Part shown: positions 59,002 through 64,000 of the stretch, piece after piece
Layout of the letters: every line of letters begins with the position of its first letter
Position numbering within the stretch: position 1 is the stretch's first letter
Source: Oscillospiraceae bacterium
Lineage (GTDB): Bacteria; Bacillota; Clostridia; Oscillospirales; Ruminococcaceae
Direction of reading: 5' to 3'
Length of the DNA: 64,000 nt
Assembly (NCBI GenBank): GCA_045540255.1
Contig: JAZQGZ010000084.1
Coordinates: forward strand, 14,042-78,041
Notes under the pieces: model-generated
Database searches by the model: none
What the model was told of the DNA's origin: nothing
Seen by the model: only the letters and a program-made list of their open reading frames with translations
Position numbers and translations under genes: made by a program

Positions 59002-59208
59002 TTATTGTCGCTCACATCCAAGTATATCAGATAATTCATTGATAACATCCGATGAAGTTGCGCTAGGATGATTCTTGATAAAATCAACCATGTGTTGCGT
59101 TCCGCTTTCAACATCCTGCGAATCTTCGCACACTGCTCTAACAAATTCGGGATATGAATCAGAAATGTTTTCTACAAGTGCTTTTAATTCATCATTAAGA
59201 ACTGACAT
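59002..59208 (-). CDS. 68-aa acidic hypothetical protein
   Basis: ATG start with a purine-rich upstream stretch. Followed on the minus strand by a hairpin and T6 at about 58950-58990. Confidence 0.4.
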   Translation of the reverse strand: MSVLNDELKALVENISDSYPEFVRAVCEDSQDVESGTQHMVDFIKNHPSATSSDVINELSDILGCERQ

Positions 59209-59284
59209 AATCGTTCATCTCTTCCTTCCGCTAACTTTGCCACGCCATCTCCCATGTTCATGAAATTCGTCGCAAAGCACCATA

Positions 59285-59316
59285 CAAAAAACACCTAACT
59301 ATGAAAAGTTAGGTGT
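59285..59316 (-). terminator. Rho-independent terminator after tRNA-fMet
   Basis: Perfect 10-bp stem ACACCTAACT/AGTTAGGTGT. On the minus strand it is followed by TTTTT. Confidence 0.75.
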
Positions 59317-59323
59317 TTTGACT

Positions 59324-59400
<77 letters not shown>

Positions 59401-59437
59401 ATATTTGATGTACTCAGTATTTCCTGAGTGCTTAATA

Positions 59438-59466
59438 ATTATACCACAAGTGATTTAATTTGTCAA
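59438..59466 (-). promoter_or_regulatory. sigmaA-type promoter for tRNA-fMet
   Basis: Minus strand: -35 TTGACA (59466-59461), 17-nt spacer, -10 TATAAT (59443-59438). Confidence 0.55.
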
Positions 59467-59635
59467 CCCCTTTTTCAAAAAATTTTGATCAAAGTTTTAC
59501 AATAGTGGTTTACCAAGCAGTATCAATCAACAACTATTGTCTATTTTGTATTTAACAATAAACATTTTTGGCTATATTATATGCAATTTAACTAAAATCT
59601 TGTGCATTTTAACGATTCAAAAACAATAAAATCGG

Positions 59636-59664
59636 TTGATTTATTTTATCAAATATGATATAAT
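59636..59664 (+). promoter_or_regulatory. sigmaA-type promoter for the EAL gene
   Basis: -35 TTGATT (59636-59641), 17-nt spacer, -10 TATAAT (59659-59664). Confidence 0.5.
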
Positions 59665-59719
59665 AATAACAAATAATAGCACTTTTCTGCAAATTAATGT
59701 CATCGGGAGGTTGATTTTC

Positions 59720-61654
59720 TTGGGTACACTGGTCCATTTTGACATTGCATCATTAATGATCCTTGTCATTATCCTCTGCACGACTTATTATAGAAAAATG
59801 AATAAAGGTACTACTAACCGTATATTCATCCTTTTGATCCTTACAACACTGATAGCTGCAGTATTTGAGATAGCTCAGATACTTCTTTACGCTTTTGCAG
59901 CTCCAAGTGATATGGTACATACTATAATAAGATCAATATATCTGCTGGCACACAATTTCGCTACACCTGTTTACTGTATGTACATAATCAGTCTTGCGCG
60001 TACATGGCATCAGATAAAAGTACATCCTATCATTTCTATCGCATTGATGTTACCATACACTGCAGTTTTCGTAGGTATTATTGTCAATCTGTTTACAGGA
60101 TGGGTTTTCACATATCAAAATGGAGTATACATACGCAATGATCCGGCAACGATTTTGATCTATTCCGCTGCTGCGGTTTACATTCTTTTCTCTATCATAT
60201 ATGTTATAGCCAATCAGAAGCTTTTCAAACAACATCAGATGATCGCATTGGCTTCGATGCTGCCACTATCTGTAGCCGCTGTGTTCGTTAAGATATTCTA
60301 TCCGAACTCACTGGTCGAGATCTTCTCAAACGCAATCGGTATTATGATAATTTCGATGGTGATCCAGCGTCCCGAAGAATTTATTGATTCCTTTACACGT
60401 CTGCGCAAATATACCGCCTATGCGGACGATATGAAAAAGAGTTACATAACACACAATAATGTTACTATCATACTAATAAATATCGCAAATTATTCTTCTG
60501 TTTCCCACATCCTTGGTTATGACGGCACTAACAAGATGCTCGATAATATCGCAAGGCAGCTTGAAAAAATAAACCGTGATCTTAAAGGTTTTGCCGAGAT
60601 CTACTATCTTGACAAAGGTCGTTTCAGATTTGTGCTGAACAGCTTCAACAAAAAGAAAGCCAGACGTGCTGCAAATGACATCAACGAAATACTAAAGGAA
60701 ACCATAAGCATCAATAAGATCGAGATCAACATGAACTCCTATGTATGCGTGGCAAGATGTCCTGAGGATCTTGATGATTTCCAGTCACTCATATCTTTCG
60801 GATCTGATTTCCACAAGAAGCTCCCGAATTCAGGGGATGTTATCTATGCAGAGGAGATACTTAAACAGCGCGATTTCAGCCTTGTCAATGAAATGGACGA
60901 TATTATTGACAGAGCCTTTGAAAACGGTAATTTCAGAGTTTATTATCAGCCTATCTATTCGGTTCAGGAAAAACGTTTTACTTCAGCAGAAGCCCTACTC
61001 AGACTTATCGATGATATTCACGGCTTTGTTCCCCCGGACATTTTCATCCCCGTAGCCGAGAGAAGTGGTGCTATCCACAAGATCGGAAGCTTTGTGCTAA
61101 ATGATGTCTGCCGATTCATCGCAAGCGACAAATTCAAGAGCTTAGGACTTGATTACATAGAGATCAACCTTTCAGTCGCGCAGTGTATGCAGGGTGACCT
61201 TGCAGACGAAGTGCTTGCAACACTGGACAAGTTCAAGGTATTCCCCTCACAGATCAATCTGGAGATCACCGAGACCGCTGCCGGTCACGATCAGAGCACA
61301 ATGACTGAGAACCTCACCAGATTGAGTGAGGCAGGTGTGAGCTTCTCTCTTGACGATTTCGGTACAGGCTACTCCAACATGGATCGTGTTGCGTCCCTAC
61401 CCCTTAAGATCGTTAAGCTCGACCGTTCCTTTGTAAACAGCCAGCATAAGCCTAAAATGGGAATATTCCTGGAAAACTTCATCCGTATGTTCAAGGATAT
61501 GGATATGGAGATAGTTGTAGAGGGAATCGAAACTGAACAGATGGTCCGTCGCTTCTCAGATCTTCATTGTGACTTCATTCAGGGATATTACTATTCCAAA
61601 CCCATTCCTGAGGATGAATTCGTTAAATTCATTGAAAAATCTAAAATAGCATGA
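59720..61654 (+). CDS. Membrane-anchored cyclic-di-GMP phosphodiesterase (multi-TM sensor, degenerate GGDEF, EAL)
   Basis: EAL-domain motifs EALLRL, EITE, DDFGTGYS and EGIET. The GGDEF position reads DKGRF. About 6 N-terminal TM helices. The TTG at 59720 lies 9 nt after GGGAGG, and the ORF-track start at 59636 coincides with the promoter. Confidence 0.85.
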   Translation: MGTLVHFDIASLMILVIILCTTYYRKMNKGTTNRIFILLILTTLIAAVFEIAQILLYAFAAPSDMVHTIIRSIYLLAHNFATPVYCMYIISLARTWHQIKVHPIISIALMLPYTAVFVGIIVNLFTGWVFTYQNGVYIRNDPATILIYSAAAVYILFSIIYVIANQKLFKQHQMIALASMLPLSVAAVFVKIFYPNSLVEIFSNAIGIMIISMVIQRPEEFIDSFTRLRKYTAYADDMKKSYITHNNVTIILINIANYSSVSHILGYDGTNKMLDNIARQLEKINRDLKGFAEIYYLDKGRFRFVLNSFNKKKARRAANDINEILKETISINKIEINMNSYVCVARCPEDLDDFQSLISFGSDFHKKLPNSGDVIYAEEILKQRDFSLVNEMDDIIDRAFENGNFRVYYQPIYSVQEKRFTSAEALLRLIDDIHGFVPPDIFIPVAERSGAIHKIGSFVLNDVCRFIASDKFKSLGLDYIEINLSVAQCMQGDLADEVLATLDKFKVFPSQINLEITETAAGHDQSTMTENLTRLSEAGVSFSLDDFGTGYSNMDRVASLPLKIVKLDRSFVNSQHKPKMGIFLENFIRMFKDMDMEIVVEGIETEQMVRRFSDLHCDFIQGYYYSKPIPEDEFVKFIEKSKIA

Positions 61655-61666
61655 TCGTATAGTGTA

Positions 61667-61701
61667 AAAGCCGCTGTCGTAATATAACGACAGCGGCTTT
61701 T
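61667..61701 (+). terminator. Rho-independent terminator after the EAL gene
   Basis: Perfect stem AAAAGCCGCTGTCGT/ACGACAGCGGCTTTT with a 6-nt loop. Confidence 0.8.
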
Positions 61702-61751
61702 ATCTATCATAATATCAACTGAATACGATGTACTGTTTTTTACATGATATA

Positions 61752-61780
61752 TTGCAAAAAAACTAGAAATATGATATAAT
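61752..61780 (+). promoter_or_regulatory. sigmaA-type promoter for the zinc-ribbon protein gene
   Basis: -35 TTGCAA (61752-61757), 17-nt spacer, -10 TATAAT (61775-61780). Confidence 0.45.
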
Positions 61781-61829
61781 AAATTAAACCATATAAAAAC
61801 GTTATTAAACAGAAAGGGAGAGGTTCACT

Positions 61830-63014
61830 ATGCTGGATTACTGCCTTTGCCCTAAATGTGAACGAATGATAATGCTGGACGGTGATTACCCTACAGGTTT
61901 TTGTCTTTACTGCGGTACACATATATCGTTTGAAGAAGCCAGAGAAGATTTCCTTAAAGGGCTTCGCTCTGCAATACCGGATGAATTCGTTCTTGAAACA
62001 GAACTCAGCGAGCTTATCGACGAGGATGATGCGCTTGACACATCCTCCTACGGCTTACCCGAATGTCGCGAGGAATGTGAAAAAGCCCGCAGCTACATGG
62101 ATAAATGGGATTTTGCAAAAGCCTATGAGCACTATACCCGTGCGATGGAATGGTCCTCATTTGATTTTGAAGCTTCCTGCGGAAGGCTGACTTCGGGGAT
62201 CCTGAAACTTAACGATGTAGAAAACTGGGAAAGCCGTCTGCGTGACTGCACAGCATTGATACGCACTCAGGAAAACTGGAATACAGCACAAAAGAATCTT
62301 GAATTTGCGCTGGATATATTAAAGAAATTCCTCTCGAAAGGTGGCAGATTTGTCGCACCTTACTACACATACGGTTTCTTTAAAATGATCACTGAAAGCT
62401 TCCCTGTGCTTAGTAAAACTGCCATTGATATATTTGCCCACTGTCTTAATGTAGATAATGCACCTCTCACCAATGCAACAAGGTTGGATGAAGAAACTAC
62501 GCGCTTCGCTGTTGGTAGCTTCTCTCCAGATGTGGACAAGAATCTTCGCTTTCCCCTGCTGCTGGTGGTGAAACACCTCGATGACAGCAGAAAGGCCGAA
62601 AATCTTTGTAAGGCGCTTTATGTTTATGACCGTGTAGTGTGGTTGAGGAACCGTGATAACGACCGAATCGATGACGTTATCGGTTTTATGGAACTGGCTT
62701 TCAATGATCCATACGCAGAATCACGCCGAAAGATAGCATTTGATGTATGTTATGACTTCCTTATGATGGGCGGACTTGAGCATAACACCACACAGAAAGA
62801 AAAGCTCCTCTTCCTCTCGAGAGTGTATTCCTACGATCAGATACAGAGAATGGAGATCTTCTTTGGAGAAGATCTGTTCTTCAGACGTGTTCAGAGCGAG
62901 GTCTACCTCAGACAGAAGAAGATTGGCTCAAATGCCGGGGAATATAAGAAAATTCAGGAAAAGATCCGTGAGCTTTCCTCAAGAAGCAATTCATCGGATT
63001 ATTATACACGCTAA
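61830..63014 (+). CDS. Hypothetical protein with an N-terminal zinc ribbon
   Basis: 394 aa. CPKCERMIMLDGDYPTGFCLYCG (CxxC-N15-CxxC) at the N-terminus. I recognise no family for the rest. GGGAGAGG RBS. Confidence 0.7.
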   Translation: MLDYCLCPKCERMIMLDGDYPTGFCLYCGTHISFEEAREDFLKGLRSAIPDEFVLETELSELIDEDDALDTSSYGLPECREECEKARSYMDKWDFAKAYEHYTRAMEWSSFDFEASCGRLTSGILKLNDVENWESRLRDCTALIRTQENWNTAQKNLEFALDILKKFLSKGGRFVAPYYTYGFFKMITESFPVLSKTAIDIFAHCLNVDNAPLTNATRLDEETTRFAVGSFSPDVDKNLRFPLLLVVKHLDDSRKAENLCKALYVYDRVVWLRNRDNDRIDDVIGFMELAFNDPYAESRRKIAFDVCYDFLMMGGLEHNTTQKEKLLFLSRVYSYDQIQRMEIFFGEDLFFRRVQSEVYLRQKKIGSNAGEYKKIQEKIRELSSRSNSSDYYTR

Positions 63015-63052
63015 AAAAAGGCTTATGCCTATGACCGAAAGGATGAAATCTT

Positions 63053-63484
63053 ATGGCAAACTTAGAAAAGCTCTCCCGCGAATACGGCGAAGTAATCTGG
63101 ACAGGCAAAAAATGTATCCTGGGACTTCCTATCTCTTTCACACGCTATATTCTCACTGACACCAAACTTATCACTAAGGTCGGTTTTTTCAATATCAAGG
63201 AGGATGAAATAGAGCTGTATCGTGTATACGATATGTCACTGAGCCTTGACCTCTTCCAGAGAATGGTGCGTTGCGGTACACTAAAGCTCCTTTCCAAGGA
63301 CAGTGATACTCCTGCTAAGATACTGAAATCGATAAGAAATCCCCGTGAAGCTAAACGTCTCATCGATGATGCCGTAACAGTTCAGCGTGACAAATACTAT
63401 GTGCGTGGCCGCGACATGATCGGTAGCAACACACCCTCCGATCACGACGCAGACCTGGACGGAGTTTACGACTGCGAAGAATAA
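63053..63484 (+). CDS. Bacterial PH (bPH/YdbS-YdbT-like) domain protein
   Basis: 143 aa. GEVIWTGKKCILGLPISFTRYILTDTKLITKVGFFNIKEDEIELYRVYDMSL resembles the bPH_2/DUF304 pattern as I recall it. Confidence 0.6.
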   Translation: MANLEKLSREYGEVIWTGKKCILGLPISFTRYILTDTKLITKVGFFNIKEDEIELYRVYDMSLSLDLFQRMVRCGTLKLLSKDSDTPAKILKSIRNPREAKRLIDDAVTVQRDKYYVRGRDMIGSNTPSDHDADLDGVYDCEE

Positions 63485-63491
63485 AAGAACA

Positions 63492-63520
63492 GGACTGCAT
63501 AATATTTTGTGCAGTCCATT
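63492..63520 (+). terminator. Weak terminator-like hairpin after the PH-domain gene
   Basis: 8-bp stem GGACTGCA/TGCAGTCC with a poor T-run (ATTT). Confidence 0.3.
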
Positions 63521-63546
63521 TGATTATATAATGCCGAGGTGATACT

Positions 63547-64000
63547 ATGCCTAAAATACTGGTAGTGGAAGATGACAAGGAGATCAATCGTCTTATCTGC
63601 GAGTACCTCACAACATTGGATCACAGTGTTGTTACAGCGCAAAACGGACTTGAAGCAGTTACCATTATCCGCGAACAGACTGATATCTCTCTGGTACTGC
63701 TTGATCTTATGCTGCCTTTTCATAGCGGCGACATGGTCCTGCAGAAAGTACGTGAATTCTCGCAGATACCCGTTATTATAGTATCAGCAAAAAGTACTGT
63801 ACAGACAAAGATAGACATAATACGCATGGGTGCTGATGATTACATAACAAAGCCATTCGACCTGGACGAGCTTGCAGTACGCATCGAAGCAGTGCTGCGC
63901 AGAAGCAGAAATGACGATCACATCAACCCCACTGAAAAACAACTCAGCTTTAAAAATCTAATACTTGATACTGAAGGCAGAACAGCAAGTGTTGACGGAA
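63547..64000 (+). CDS. OmpR-family response regulator, N-terminal part (continues beyond window end)
   Basis: Own translation: MPKILVVEDDKEINRLICEYL...VLLDLMLPFHSGDMVL...VSAKS...GADDYITKPFDLDELAVRIEAVLRRS. This is a receiver domain running into the start of the winged-helix domain. Confidence 0.9.
   Translation, partial: MPKILVVEDDKEINRLICEYLTTLDHSVVTAQNGLEAVTIIREQTDISLVLLDLMLPFHSGDMVLQKVREFSQIPVIIVSAKSTVQTKIDIIRMGADDYITKPFDLDELAVRIEAVLRRSRNDDHINPTEKQLSFKNLILDTEGRTASVDG

Larger units (their letters stand above)
58140..59210 (-). mobile_element. Decayed prophage remnant (short orphan ORFs, a truncated head protease, several hairpins) adjacent to tRNA-fMet
   Basis: Contains a truncated HK97-type prohead protease fragment and three orphan ORFs of 39-68 aa, with no intact phage gene. 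It abuts the tRNA gene. Confidence 0.4.

Noticed and set aside
59636-59719. ORF-track TTG start for the EAL protein
   Set aside because: These 28 codons coincide with the -35/-10 promoter hexamers in AT-rich DNA. GGGAGG plus the TTG at 59720 is a better start.

Overview
This is a chromosomal segment from a low-GC Gram-positive anaerobe. I place it in Clostridia, probably a Ruminococcus/Oscillospiraceae-like organism, because it has PolC, AddAB, the cotJABC and yabP-yabQ sporulation genes, and a lipoprotein GH5 cellulase. Hand-counted GC is about 45-48% in most genes.

Most of the window is ordinary, tightly packed housekeeping DNA:
- Minus strand, 1-22991: hisG'-hisZ; polC-ispG-rseP-dxr-cdsA-uppS-frr-pyrH-hom (the classic pyrH...polC cluster); an aldo/keto reductase; rarA-prs-glyA; and leuB-GNAT-leuD-leuC.
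- Plus strand, 23284-37663: aroA-aroC-DUF4364, then the B. subtilis-like yabM-mazG-hup-yabO-yabP-yabQ-divIC block and cls.
- 37709-42851: GH5 cellulase, a beta-lactamase-family lipoprotein, cheV and an MBL hydrolase.
- 43158-58060: a 15-kb co-directional array (sugar kinase, HAD fusion protein, addB, addA, beta-propeller protein, ansA, ydcF-like, nitroreductase, araD, aldose epimerase).
- 58140-64000: a small decayed phage remnant, a stand-alone initiator tRNA-fMet, a membrane GGDEF(degenerate)-EAL protein, two uncharacterised genes and the start of an OmpR-type response regulator.

I found no CRISPR array, rRNA, IS element, restriction-modification system or recognisable defence system.

The non-routine items, none of which I can show to be a new system from sequence alone, are:
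1. A HAD phosphatase fused to a nuclease-like (E-I-Q motif) domain and overlapping addB by ATGA.
2. A solitary large serine recombinase with a tiny upstream ORF and a structured non-coding leader. It sits next to a clearly lower-GC polyprenyl synthase/UbiA pair driven by a consensus promoter with tandem 11-mers.
3. A beta-propeller gene whose signal peptide is encoded upstream of the first ATG, behind a well-spaced SD and an ACG codon, directly after a TAA-TAA-TGA triple stop of addA.
4. A phage remnant with a 66-nt tRNA-like cloverleaf beside tRNA-fMet.
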